64,000 nucleotides of DNA, from NCBI GenBank assembly GCA_009691855.1, contig SIAI01000007.1:33935-97934 (forward strand), read 5' to 3'. Below are positions 36,936 through 45,681 of this stretch, piece by piece (position 1 is the stretch's first letter; each line of letters opens with the position of its first letter). The notes under the pieces are model-generated. The model worked only from the letters and a program-made list of their open reading frames with translations. It made no database searches and was not told the origin of the DNA. This stretch comes from Planctomycetota bacterium. GTDB lineage: Bacteria; Planctomycetota; UBA1135; GCA-002686595. The position numbers and the translations under genes were made by a program.

Positions 36936-37544
36936 TCAAGATCGCGGAGTCGAGACGGAGCCCGAACCCATGCGCGCGCGGATGCGGCTCAGCGTCTCGG
37001 GCGCGATGCCAAGGTACGAGGCGAGGTGGTACTGCGGCACGCGACGCACCAGGTAGGAGTTCGTGGCCACGAGCTCGGCGTAACGCTCCTCGGCCGAGCG
37101 CGCACGGATGCGCAGCTCCTTGTCGATCTTGTGGGCGAGCTCGCGCTCGACCAGGCGCCGGAACAGCTCGCGCCAGGCGGCGTGGCGCGCCTCGAGCTCC
37201 TCCAGCAGCGCGCGCTCGAAGCGTACCAGCGTGCTCGCCTCGAGTGCTTCGATGCCGTAGCGCGCCCGCGTGCGCGCGCGGTAGGCGTCGTAGGCGCCGA
37301 CGAAGCGTTCCTCGCAGTCGAAGCCCAGCGTCACCTCGCGCTCCTCGAGCGTGAGGAAGATTCGCACCAAGCCGCGCGTCAGGAAGCCGAGCCACTCGAC
37401 CGACTCGCCCTCGCGCAGGAGCGTGGCCCCGCGCGGTACGTCACGGAACTCGACGCGCGCCGACAGGTAGATCCACTCGCCGTCGGGGATCGGCGCGAGG
37501 GCCGCGAACGCGCGGTGCAGCGCAGTCAGCTCGTCGGTGGACAC
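36936..37544 (-). CDS. Crp/Fnr-family transcriptional regulator
   Basis: cNMP-binding-like N-terminal domain (LLREGESVEWLGFLTRGLVRIF) and C-terminal HTH VPQYHLASYLGIAPETLSRIR. Confidence 0.85.
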   Translation of the reverse strand: MSTDELTALHRAFAALAPIPDGEWIYLSARVEFRDVPRGATLLREGESVEWLGFLTRGLVRIFLTLEEREVTLGFDCEERFVGAYDAYRARTRARYGIEALEASTLVRFERALLEELEARHAAWRELFRRLVERELAHKIDKELRIRARSAEERYAELVATNSYLVRRVPQYHLASYLGIAPETLSRIRARMGSGSVSTPRS

Positions 37545-37998
37545 CTCGCCAGGTTAACGCGCCCGGTCGCGGCCGCCAGATGTCCCCGCGTTCGGGATCG
37601 CGTGCGTCGGGAGTGCAGCCTTCAGCGTGGGCGCGAGCTCGAGCAGCACGCGCTTTCTCGGGGACGAGCTCGGGCTCGCGTGCCACGAGCCTGAGCGCAA
37701 GTCGGCCCAGCTCGGAGCTGCGCGCGAAAAGGCCGGAAAATAAGGCCCAAACGATTCGCGCGGCTTCTTCCAATCAGCTCAACCGTTCTTGCGAATCGAG
37801 GGCATGATACGGATGAGGAACTTCGAGGATGGGCGCCAAAGTTTGGTCGAGCCCTGCCGCAATGTCGCCTCCGCGCGGAGGAGCATTGTCGGACGGGCAG
37901 ACGAGTCGTCGGGCGAGGACGCCTGGCGAGCGTACCCGCGTCAACAGTCGATGCGCGGCTCGCCCCACGGCCCGTCGCCAGAACCCCAAGAGGTTGTC

Positions 37999-39564
37999 GT
38001 GAACGAAGAACACATTTGGATTCGGCCGGGCCGGGACGCACTGACGCTCGCCGGCCTCATGCTGGCCTTCTCGGCGTTGTCAGAAGCTCAGGCGGGTCCG
38101 TGGAGCGATCACGTGATCGCCCCTTCGACGGGCGGCGCGCTCGCCGCCGCGGACCTCGACGGCGACGACGACCCGGACCTCGTTGCCGGGGGCCTGTGGT
38201 ACGAGAACCTCGGCTCCGGAGCGAGCTGGCTGGCTCACCCGAACGGACTCGTGAGCGCGGATCGGGCCGTCGACCTGGACGGGGATGGCGACGTGGATGT
38301 CCTGGGCACGGGCCTTGGCAGCGGCGTCCTCTACCCGTTCTCCTGGGGTGAGAACGCGACGGGCAACGGGGCCAGCATGGTTGCGCACGCGATCGCCGAG
38401 CTTGCAGCCGGCTCCCTGGCGCTAGGCAGCGCGGCCGCAGACGCGGACGGCGACGGCGATCTGGACGCGCTCGTCCTGGACTCCGCGGGCCAGCTCGCTT
38501 GGCACGAGAACACGCAGGGCACCGCGTCGGTCTGGCTCGCGCATGCGCTCACGGCGCTGGGTTCCCTGCAGTCGTTGGACGTCGGCGACATCGATGGTGA
38601 CGGCGATGTGGACGTCCTCACCGGTGGCGCGAGTGATTTTTCCTGGCACGAGAATGCGCTCGGCGACGGCTCGAGCTGGGTCCCGCACTCGATCCATCGC
38701 GCGAGCTCGTACCACCAGCGCAGCGTACGCGCAACGGACGTCGACGGCGACGGCGCCCTCGATGCGCTGTTCTCGACTCACGAGGGCTCTGCGGCCGGCC
38801 TCTATCGAATGGGATGGCTGCGCAACGTGGGCGGCGGCAGCTCCTGGGTGCTGAACGTCGTGCGCGCCGAAGCCTCCGCGCCTCCGTCGCGGGTGCCCAC
38901 CGTCATCGGGGCCGATCTCGACCGGGATGGGGATACGGATCTGGTCGAGCTCCTCGGGCAGCAGACGGTCTGGTACGAACAAGCCGCTGGCGCCTGGTCG
39001 AGGCATGTCCCTCCCGGCCTGGCCTGGAACGTGGAAGCCGTGCTCGACGTCGATCTCGACGGCGACCGCGACCTCGTGGGCCGCAGCGGGGACATCCACT
39101 GGCGCGAAAACCTGACGACCGTCTCACCCTACGGGAGCGACGTGAACCCGCCGCGCAGCCTGACGCTCGTCGCCGGCACGGCGGCCATCGGTCAGACGTT
39201 CACCTTCGGCCTCGACAATCCGCTGGGGACCCAGACGAGCGGGACGCGCACTCTCCTGAACATCGCGACCGCGCCCGACGAGGAATTCCCGGGCGGGGAT
39301 CTGCTACCGAGCTGGGGCATGGCCGGGCGCGGCGCGGCCGGCGAGCTCTTGCTCTCCTATTCTCACGGGAATCCCGTGGCGCACCTGGCCGGGCCCGACT
39401 GGGCCGGACCGGGCACACTCGCCCTCATCCCGGTCGCCGTTCCGGCGGACCCACGCCTGATCGGGTTGACGGTGTACCTCCAGGGGGTGCTGGTGGATCC
39501 GAGCGCGTCCCTGGGAGTGAAGTTCGGGCTGACGAACGCGCTGCGTATCGAGCTGGGTCCCTGA
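37999..39564 (+). CDS. secreted FG-GAP/VCBS-repeat beta-propeller protein, paralogue 2
   Basis: AAGAGG SD 6 nt before GTG 37999. Signal ...ALTLAGLMLAFSALSEAQA. Repeats DLDGDDDPDLV, DLDGDGDVDVL, DADGDGDLDAL, DIDGDGDVDVL, DVDGDGALDAL, DLDRDGDTDLV, DLDGDRDLV. The C-terminal module is shared with 34122..35519. Confidence 0.8.
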   Translation: MNEEHIWIRPGRDALTLAGLMLAFSALSEAQAGPWSDHVIAPSTGGALAAADLDGDDDPDLVAGGLWYENLGSGASWLAHPNGLVSADRAVDLDGDGDVDVLGTGLGSGVLYPFSWGENATGNGASMVAHAIAELAAGSLALGSAAADADGDGDLDALVLDSAGQLAWHENTQGTASVWLAHALTALGSLQSLDVGDIDGDGDVDVLTGGASDFSWHENALGDGSSWVPHSIHRASSYHQRSVRATDVDGDGALDALFSTHEGSAAGLYRMGWLRNVGGGSSWVLNVVRAEASAPPSRVPTVIGADLDRDGDTDLVELLGQQTVWYEQAAGAWSRHVPPGLAWNVEAVLDVDLDGDRDLVGRSGDIHWRENLTTVSPYGSDVNPPRSLTLVAGTAAIGQTFTFGLDNPLGTQTSGTRTLLNIATAPDEEFPGGDLLPSWGMAGRGAAGELLLSYSHGNPVAHLAGPDWAGPGTLALIPVAVPADPRLIGLTVYLQGVLVDPSASLGVKFGLTNALRIELGP

Positions 39565-39565
39565 G

Positions 39566-39589
39566 GCTCGCGCTCCACGGAGCGCGAGC
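39566..39589. terminator. GC-rich hairpin between convergent genes (bidirectional terminator candidate)
   Basis: GCTCGCGCTC-CACG-GAGCGCGAGC, a 10-11 bp perfect stem. It starts 2 nt after the FG-GAP stop and ends 4 nt before the SGNH gene stop. There is no U tract. Confidence 0.5.
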
Positions 39590-39592
39590 TGT

Positions 39593-40765
39593 TCAGCGGC
39601 CGGCGGGCGGGAGAGGCACGAGGCCCAGCCGTCCGAGTTCCGCGGCCGCGCGCGCGGCGAAGAGCTCCGCGCCGGCGGCATTGGGATGGAGGAAATCGAC
39701 CGCGCAGCGCTGGCAAGCGCCGAGCGCCGGCGCGAGATCGACGACCGCGAAGCCGCGCGCGCGCGCTTCGTCGGCCACGAGCGTGTGCACGTCGGCGAGC
39801 GGGTAGGCTCCGGCGCGCGGGTCGAGCAGGAGCGGGAAGATCAGCAGCGCGAGTGGCACCCCGGCGGCTCGCGTGGATTCCGCCAGCGCGTCGAGGCCCG
39901 CGCCGAGGCGCGCACGGGCAGCGGGGTCGTCGTGCAGCGCGCGGAAGTACTGGCCGCGCGTGTCGCCGCCCTGGAAGGCTTCGAAGGCGGGATCGCGTTT
40001 GTGCGTGAACTCCACCGCGCCGCTCTTGGGGGGCGTGGCCGTGCTCACGCGGCTCGCCAACCACAGGAAGAGGCGAGAGTTCGCCAGCAGGCGCAGCGCG
40101 CCGCGTTCGAGCCCCTCGTGGAACTGGCGCTCACTGGCTCGCTCGAGGTCACGCAGCGCCTCGAGCTCGATCGAAAGCTCCTGCGGATCGTTGAGCACGT
40201 AGCCGTAGAGCACGAGGTCCGGCTGGTAGGCGAGGCCGAGGATGCGTAGGCGCTCGGCGACCTGCAGCACGTTGTAGCCGGTGACGCCGAGGTTGAGGAC
40301 TTCAAAGCTCGCTGTGCCCACGCGCTCGTTCAGCAGCCGCTCGAGCGCCTTCGGCCAGCTCTCCTCGGACTTCTTCGGCTGTCCGAAGGTGACCGAGTCG
40401 CCGACGCACACGATGCGGAAGACGCCCGCGGGTTTCGCGAGCGCGAACTCGCGGTCGCGGAAGCCGGCCGAATTGATCGTCGTCGCGCCGTCGCTCGCGC
40501 CGGGGTGCAGCTCGTAGCCGAGCACGGGGTTCGCCGAGAGCTGGAAGAGTTCGCGGTGCAGCACCTGGAAGCTCGGGCCCAGCTCGAGCGCGCGCACGAG
40601 GAGCTCGGCCGCGACGAGCGCCAGCACGACGCCGGCGAGCACAACGCCCGTCCGGGCCAGGATCCGCTGCGCGCTCACCGCGCCGATTCTAGAACGCGAC
40701 GCGACGAGGCGCAGGGTTTGAGTGCGCAAGACGTCCTCGGTCGGGGCCAGGGATCTCGCGGCCAT
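39593..40765 (-). CDS. SGNH/GDSL-family hydrolase, membrane-anchored
   Basis: Block I FRIVCVGDSVTFG. Block V VDFLHPNAAG. N-terminal TM VVLAGVVLALVAAELLV. The true start may be internal to the ORF. Confidence 0.75.
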   Translation of the reverse strand: MAARSLAPTEDVLRTQTLRLVASRSRIGAVSAQRILARTGVVLAGVVLALVAAELLVRALELGPSFQVLHRELFQLSANPVLGYELHPGASDGATTINSAGFRDREFALAKPAGVFRIVCVGDSVTFGQPKKSEESWPKALERLLNERVGTASFEVLNLGVTGYNVLQVAERLRILGLAYQPDLVLYGYVLNDPQELSIELEALRDLERASERQFHEGLERGALRLLANSRLFLWLASRVSTATPPKSGAVEFTHKRDPAFEAFQGGDTRGQYFRALHDDPAARARLGAGLDALAESTRAAGVPLALLIFPLLLDPRAGAYPLADVHTLVADEARARGFAVVDLAPALGACQRCAVDFLHPNAAGAELFAARAAAELGRLGLVPLPPAGR

Positions 40766-40857
40766 GCAACGCGAACCGCGGCGACGCGCAGGACTTGCCG
40801 AGCTCGACGCGCTGCCCTGAGCCGCGCGCGCTACGTTCGGAGCAGGAGATCCGAACC

Positions 40858-41598
40858 ATGACCTTTCCGCCTCTGTTGCCCGCCCTTTCCGTCACCCCGC
40901 TGGCCGCCATCGAGGTCGAACGACGCCACCTGCTGGCCGCGAGCGCGCTGGTGCTCGCCTGGCCGCGGGCCCTGCGTCGCTGCGCGGATGTGCCGAGCTG
41001 GGAGCAGTTCCTGGTCGAGGCGCCGAAACGAGTGGGGGAGTTGGCGCAGGGCAAGAGCGCCGCGGAGCAGGATGCCTACCTGTACACGCTCGCCTCGCTG
41101 GCGGCGCAGATCGAGAGCGTGCCAGGCGGGAAGCTCAGCGCGTTCGCGAGGCTCGACCCCAAGGTGCTGTTCGGCATGCTGCACCGCGGCACGCCGTTCT
41201 TCGTGGTCGAGTGGCGCCTGGAGCCGAACGCCGTGCTGCCGGCGCACTGCCATCCGGGGGCGAGCGTGTGCACACTGGCGCTCGAGGGCGCGGCGGAGAT
41301 CCGCCACTACGAGGTCGAGCCAGGCGCGCCGGCCTACGACTCGAAATCGGAGGATGCCTTCACGCTGCGCGAGACGCGCCGCCAGCGCCTACGCCCGGGC
41401 GCGCTGAGCACGCTCTCGGCCACGCGCGACAACGTGCACGGGTTCCGCGCCGGCGCGGAGGGCGCACGCGGGATCGACATCACCACCATGCACGGCGGCG
41501 ACGGCAGCTTCTCGTTCGTCGACTTCGACCCGGAGACGCCGCTGGATCCCAAGCTCGGCTCGTACGAGGCCCTATGGATCGGCCAGGAGCCGCGCTGA
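40858..41598 (+). CDS. exported cupin-like protein with Tat-type signal
   Basis: ATG 40858 preceded by AGGAG. ERRHLLAASALVLAWP looks twin-arginine-like. The cupin-like His cluster is VLPAHCHPGASVCTLALEGAAEI. Confidence 0.6.
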   Translation: MTFPPLLPALSVTPLAAIEVERRHLLAASALVLAWPRALRRCADVPSWEQFLVEAPKRVGELAQGKSAAEQDAYLYTLASLAAQIESVPGGKLSAFARLDPKVLFGMLHRGTPFFVVEWRLEPNAVLPAHCHPGASVCTLALEGAAEIRHYEVEPGAPAYDSKSEDAFTLRETRRQRLRPGALSTLSATRDNVHGFRAGAEGARGIDITTMHGGDGSFSFVDFDPETPLDPKLGSYEALWIGQEPR

Positions 41599-41632
41599 GC
41601 TCGCCGAGCAAGCAGTGGAGTCCAAAAGGCCC

Positions 41633-41660
41633 TTGACAACACTTTAGTAAGCGCTACAGT
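41633..41660 (+). promoter_or_regulatory. sigma70-like promoter giving a near-leaderless arsR-family transcript
   Basis: TTGACA (41633-38), a 16-nt spacer, then TACAGT (41655-60). ATG 41668 lies 8 nt after the -10 and has no SD. The inverted repeat ACACT-N14-AGTGT overlaps the spacer and the -10. Confidence 0.45.
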
Positions 41661-41667
41661 GTGGCCC

Positions 41668-42033
41668 ATGAGCGCCGTACTGCGAGCCCTGAACACGCCC
41701 CGCCGGCGCGAGCTCTTGCGCCTGGTGTGGGACCAGGAGCAAGCGGCCGGCGACCTGCACCGCGCCTTCGGCGACGTCACCTTCGGGGCCGTGTCCCAGC
41801 ACCTGCGCGTGCTCGAGGACGCCGGTCTCGTCGTCAGCCGTCGCGAGGGCCGCAACCGCTACTACCTGGCGCGCAAGTCGGGGCTCGGTCCGCTGCGCGA
41901 CTGGCTCGAGTCCATGTGGGACTCGGGGCTCGACCGGCTCGCGCTGGAGGCCGAGCTGGAGGCCGCGCGCCGCGGCCCGCGCGGCTCGCGGCGCACGAAG
42001 GCCGTCACCAAGAAGAAGAGGAAACGCACATGA
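41668..42033 (+). CDS. ArsR/SmtB-family transcriptional regulator
   Basis: LNTPRRRELLRLV...VSQHLRVLEDAGLVVSRREGRNRYY. Basic tail KKKRKRT. The stop overlaps the next ATG (ATGA). Confidence 0.85.
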   Translation: MSAVLRALNTPRRRELLRLVWDQEQAAGDLHRAFGDVTFGAVSQHLRVLEDAGLVVSRREGRNRYYLARKSGLGPLRDWLESMWDSGLDRLALEAELEAARRGPRGSRRTKAVTKKKRKRT

Positions 42034-42809
42034 AGGGCATCCTGGGCAGGCTCGAGTTCGCGCTCGAGCGCGAGATCGTCATCCGCGCGCCGCGCGCGAC
42101 GGTGTTCCGCTTCTTCACGGACTCGGCGCGCTGGGCGAAGTGGTGGGGCGAGGGCTCGACCATCGATGGGCGGGTCGGTGGCGCGCTGAGCATCGCCTAT
42201 CCCGGCGGCACGCACGCCTCCGGCGAGGTGCTCGAGCTGCGCCCGAACGAGCGCATCGTCTTCAGCTACGGCTACGAGGGCGAGGGCAAACCGATCGCGC
42301 CGGGCGGCTCGCGCGTGACGGTCACGCTGAGCGAGCATCCTCACGGCACGGCGCTGCACTTCCGCCACGAGCTCGCCGACGCCGCCACGCGCGACAACCA
42401 CGTGCAGGGCTGGCGCTACCACCTGGCGGTGTTCGCCAACGCCGTCGCCAACGAGGTCTTCGCCGACGTCCCGGCCTTGGTCGAGCGCTGGGTCACGGCC
42501 TGGAACGAGCCCGACGACGGCCTGCGCCGGACGGCGTTCCGCGCGCTGGTGAGCGACGACGTCGTTCTGCAGGACGCCTACAGCTGCACGCGCGGCTTCG
42601 ACGACCTCGTGGCCCACGTGGCGGGCGGCAAGGTGCACATGCGCGGCATCACCATCGAGTGCACGGGGGCGCCACGCCAGTGCCAGGGCACGGCGCTCGC
42701 CGACTTCGTCGTGAAGCTGCCCGACGGCAAGCCGATGTCCAAGGGCACGAACGTGTTCGAGCTCGCGCCCGACGGGCGCATCGAGCGCGTGGTCGGGTTG
42801 TGGGGGTAG
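42030..42809 (+). CDS. SRPBCC (AHSA1/START-like) domain fused to a SnoaL/NTF2-like domain
   Basis: The N-terminal half (REIVIRAPRATVFRFFTDSARWAKWWG...VTVTLSEHPHGTAL) is typical of the AHSA1-like partners of ArsR regulators. The C-terminal ~115 aa (VERWVTAWNEPD...) look NTF2-like. Confidence 0.75.
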   Translation: MKGILGRLEFALEREIVIRAPRATVFRFFTDSARWAKWWGEGSTIDGRVGGALSIAYPGGTHASGEVLELRPNERIVFSYGYEGEGKPIAPGGSRVTVTLSEHPHGTALHFRHELADAATRDNHVQGWRYHLAVFANAVANEVFADVPALVERWVTAWNEPDDGLRRTAFRALVSDDVVLQDAYSCTRGFDDLVAHVAGGKVHMRGITIECTGAPRQCQGTALADFVVKLPDGKPMSKGTNVFELAPDGRIERVVGLWG

Positions 42810-42845
42810 TGACACCTGACGAGCGCCGAGCGGTATCCTGCCGGC

Positions 42846-43733
42846 ATGCTTCGCATGTTGCGCTGGCTGGTGCCTCTCGCGTTCTGCCTGGCCTCGTGCG
42901 CCTCGTTCGAAGTCCAGAAGCGGCAGATCTTCCTCCGCTACCTGCCCCAGGCGGATGTGCTCGACGTGTTGCTCGTCCACGAGGGGCTCGATTCGGGGCG
43001 TGAGAATGCCGAGCGCGCTTGGGAACTCATCGCGAGCCTCGCTCACGGGAAGCGCTTCCTGGCGCTCTGGGGCATGCTCGAGGTGGACTTCGACGAGCTC
43101 ACCGAGCGCGCGAAGCAGCCGGCCGCCGATCCGGACGGGGCCTTCGCACGGCTCGCGCGCGATTACCTCGCGTACGAGCGGAACATCACCGTCGTCGAGG
43201 CGCGCCTCTTCTACGACAAGGAGGGGAAGCGATACTGCCTCGCCCAGCGCGTGCGTTTCGCCGCAGCCTCGCGGGGGCTCGCCCTCATCGATCGAGCGAT
43301 GAACGCGAACACGATCGAGGGCGTGAGCGACGGCAACAAGAATACGTCCGGAGATCCCGGCACGGACGTGCTCCAGCTCGCGCGTGCGAGGGCGGGCGGC
43401 AGCTGGGCGCGCTTCGAGGGAACGGCGGTCGAGCTATCCGTGCCGATGACTTCCGAGTTCGCCGCGCAAGTGCTCAAGCAATGGCTGAGCGATGCCGCTG
43501 CGCCGCGCGCGGGGGACCGCGTCATGTCGCGGCTCCTCGAGTCGCTGACCTCGTTCGCCGTGACCGGGGAGGAGTTGCGCCTGCGCTTCGCCCCGGCGGC
43601 GGATGGCTGGATCGCCCTGCGCTTCCCGGAGGGCGACGTCCACCGCCAGCCGTACGAGAGCGACGGTCCGGACGGGCCGGTGGCCAAGGGCCGGCTCTCC
43701 TCAGAGATCGAGCGCCTGAAGGCGCTGCCCTAG
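42846..43733 (+). CDS. hypothetical lipoprotein
   Basis: MLRMLRWLVPLAFCLASCAS (lipobox). 295 aa, no family recognised. Confidence 0.6.
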   Translation: MLRMLRWLVPLAFCLASCASFEVQKRQIFLRYLPQADVLDVLLVHEGLDSGRENAERAWELIASLAHGKRFLALWGMLEVDFDELTERAKQPAADPDGAFARLARDYLAYERNITVVEARLFYDKEGKRYCLAQRVRFAAASRGLALIDRAMNANTIEGVSDGNKNTSGDPGTDVLQLARARAGGSWARFEGTAVELSVPMTSEFAAQVLKQWLSDAAAPRAGDRVMSRLLESLTSFAVTGEELRLRFAPAADGWIALRFPEGDVHRQPYESDGPDGPVAKGRLSSEIERLKALP

Positions 43734-43742
43734 TCGGTCCTC

Positions 43743-44282
43743 TCAGCGCCCAGCGGCACCGGCTCGTCGCTCCGGCACGAGCAGCGTCCCCCAGCGCTCG
43801 TCGTAGGGATGCACGAGTTCGGCGCGCTCCTCGCCGCTCGCACCCGTCTTGAAGGTGGGCAGCCCGCGGTTCGCCCAGGCGAAGATGCCGCCTTCGAGGT
43901 TGGCGACGCGCGTGTAGCCGCGCGCGGCGAGCGTCTCGGCCAGGGCGGAGGAGCGCATGCCGACGGAGCAGTAGACGACGACCTCGCGCTCGCGCGGCAC
44001 GTCGCGCAGCGCGGCCAGCGCCGCCGATTCATCGGGAGTCCAGCGCGCGTCGCGCAGGTGGCTCAGCGCGAACTCCTCGGTCGCGCGCGCATCGAGTAGC
44101 AGCGGGCCCGGATCGGCCTCGGCCGCCAGCAGCTCCTCCACCGTGAGCTGGCGCACGCTCGGGTACTTTGCGCGCACGTCGGCCAGCAGCGCGGGCCACT
44201 CCGGGGCCGAGCGGAAGGAGCACGCGGCCGCCAACCCGAGGGTGGGCAGGAACCCGAGGAGCCGGCGCGAGGGAGCGGTCAT
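43743..44282 (-). CDS. rhodanese-domain sulfurtransferase-like lipoprotein
   Basis: ATG 44282 gives MTAPSRRLLGFLPTLGLAAAC. Active-site loop VVVYCSVGMRSS. GGIFAWAN. Confidence 0.8.
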   Translation of the reverse strand: MTAPSRRLLGFLPTLGLAAACSFRSAPEWPALLADVRAKYPSVRQLTVEELLAAEADPGPLLLDARATEEFALSHLRDARWTPDESAALAALRDVPREREVVVYCSVGMRSSALAETLAARGYTRVANLEGGIFAWANRGLPTFKTGASGEERAELVHPYDERWGTLLVPERRAGAAGR

Positions 44283-44588
44283 GGCCCCGGTTGTACCTCC
44301 GGGGGCGTGCTCACCCCTTGGCGCGCTGCGCGAAAAAAAATGTGCAGCGTGCGTGCAGCGGACCGCGAGCGGGTCCCTGGGTCTCTGGAGGCTCGCGCTC
44401 TCCTCCTCTGGAGCCGGGCCACCTTCCTCTCTTTCTCTCTTCTGCCGCGACCAGTCCGGCCGGCCCGATCCGGAGCTGGGCGTTCCAATCGGCTGAAAAA
44501 GCCGAACGCCCTCCGTCTTCATGCTCCGCACGAATCGGGCGGCCGGGCTGGAAGCGGTCTTGTCCGCCCCGTCCCGTTCGCGCGCACG

Positions 44589-45278
44589 CTAACGGGCGAG
44601 GTCTTCGTACAGCTTCGCCAGGCGCGCGACCTCGGCCTCGAGCACGGCCACGCGCTTCTCGAGCGGATTCGCGGCGAGCGGTGCGGATTCAGGCCGCGCG
44701 GCGAGCGGCGCGGGAGCCGTCGCGGCCGCGGACGTCGTCGGCGTCGATGTCGGATGGGACACCGGCCGCAGCAGCGGCGCGGCCTCGCGCCCGGCGACGA
44801 TCTGGTCCCACTGCGGCGCGCGCGCGCCGGGCAGCGGCTCGAGGCGCTGCACGAAACCCTTCTGACGCAGCGCCTCGAGCGTGGTCGAGAGCGCCTCGAG
44901 CGTCTCGAAGCGACTCATGCGGTCCGCGCGTCCGCGTAGCTCGCCCGGCATCTGCGCGCCGCGCAGGAAGAGCTCGGCCAGCACCGCCAGCTCGCCCGGC
45001 GTCAGCGACCACACGACCCCGGCGGCGTGCTTGTAGCGCTCCGTGCGCGAACCGCTCGCGTGCGACGCTCCCACCAGCGATTTCCTGCGCAGGCGCTCGA
45101 TCGCGGCCGCGATCTCGGCCTCCCCGAGCTCCAGCACCGGCGCGCGGTTCGACTTCTGGTTCGCGCCCGCCAGCAGGGCGTTGAGCGAGAGCGGGTACTG
45201 CTCGGGAGTCGTGAACTCCTTCTCGATCAGCACACCGAGGAGACGCGCTTCGATTCCGTCGAGTTCTAGGGCGGGCAT
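44589..45278 (-). CDS. yceH: YceH-like DUF480 protein
   Basis: LGVLIEKEFTTPEQYPLSLNALLAGANQKSNRAPV and LAELFLRGAQMPGELRGRADRM are hallmark DUF480 blocks. There is a C-terminal coiled coil. Confidence 0.85.
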   Translation of the reverse strand: MPALELDGIEARLLGVLIEKEFTTPEQYPLSLNALLAGANQKSNRAPVLELGEAEIAAAIERLRRKSLVGASHASGSRTERYKHAAGVVWSLTPGELAVLAELFLRGAQMPGELRGRADRMSRFETLEALSTTLEALRQKGFVQRLEPLPGARAPQWDQIVAGREAAPLLRPVSHPTSTPTTSAAATAPAPLAARPESAPLAANPLEKRVAVLEAEVARLAKLYEDLAR

Positions 45279-45375
45279 GGCTGGGATCCGAGGGACTGGG
45301 GCGGGAGTCTATCCAGCGCGGGCCGCCGACGCCTCGCCCGCCATCACCAGCCCGGGCCGCGGGCCGCTGGAATGC

Positions 45376-45681
45376 TCAGGCCACGCGCCCAGGCCGCAGC
45401 GGCTTCAGCGTCACGCTCACGCCGATCCCGACGCGCGCCAGGAGCTCGATCAGCGCGTCGGCGCTGAAGAGGTCGAGCTGGCCGCTCAGCAGGTTGCTCA
45501 CGCGCGGCTGGCTGACGCCGAGGAGCTTCGCGGCGGCGGACTGCGTGAGCTCGCGCTTGCGGACGTTCTCCTGCAGCGCCACGAGGAGCTCGGCTCGCAC
45601 GCGCAGGTGCTCGGCCTCCGCGGGGGCGAAGCCGAGAGTCTCGAACACGTTGGGTTGCTTCTTGGAGCGTTGCGTTCTCAT
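45376..45681 (-). CDS. XRE-family HTH antitoxin (HigA-like)
   Basis: 101 aa. LTQSAAAKLLGVSQPRVSNLLSG HTH. The ATG overlaps the toxin stop (ATGA 45678-45681). Confidence 0.8.
   Translation of the reverse strand: MRTQRSKKQPNVFETLGFAPAEAEHLRVRAELLVALQENVRKRELTQSAAAKLLGVSQPRVSNLLSGQLDLFSADALIELLARVGIGVSVTLKPLRPGRVA

Noticed and set aside
34150-39100. Periodic GACGGCGACGG / GATGGGGACGG strings that look like short direct repeats, checked as a possible CRISPR array.
   Set aside because: They are the codons of the D.DGDGD calcium loops inside the FG-GAP genes. The spacing is irregular and the 'spacers' are coding. This is not a CRISPR array.
44333-44340. A8/T8 run as an intrinsic terminator for the yceH-like gene.
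   Set aside because: No stable hairpin immediately precedes the T8 on the minus strand. The neighbouring GTGCAGCG motifs are direct repeats, not inverted ones.
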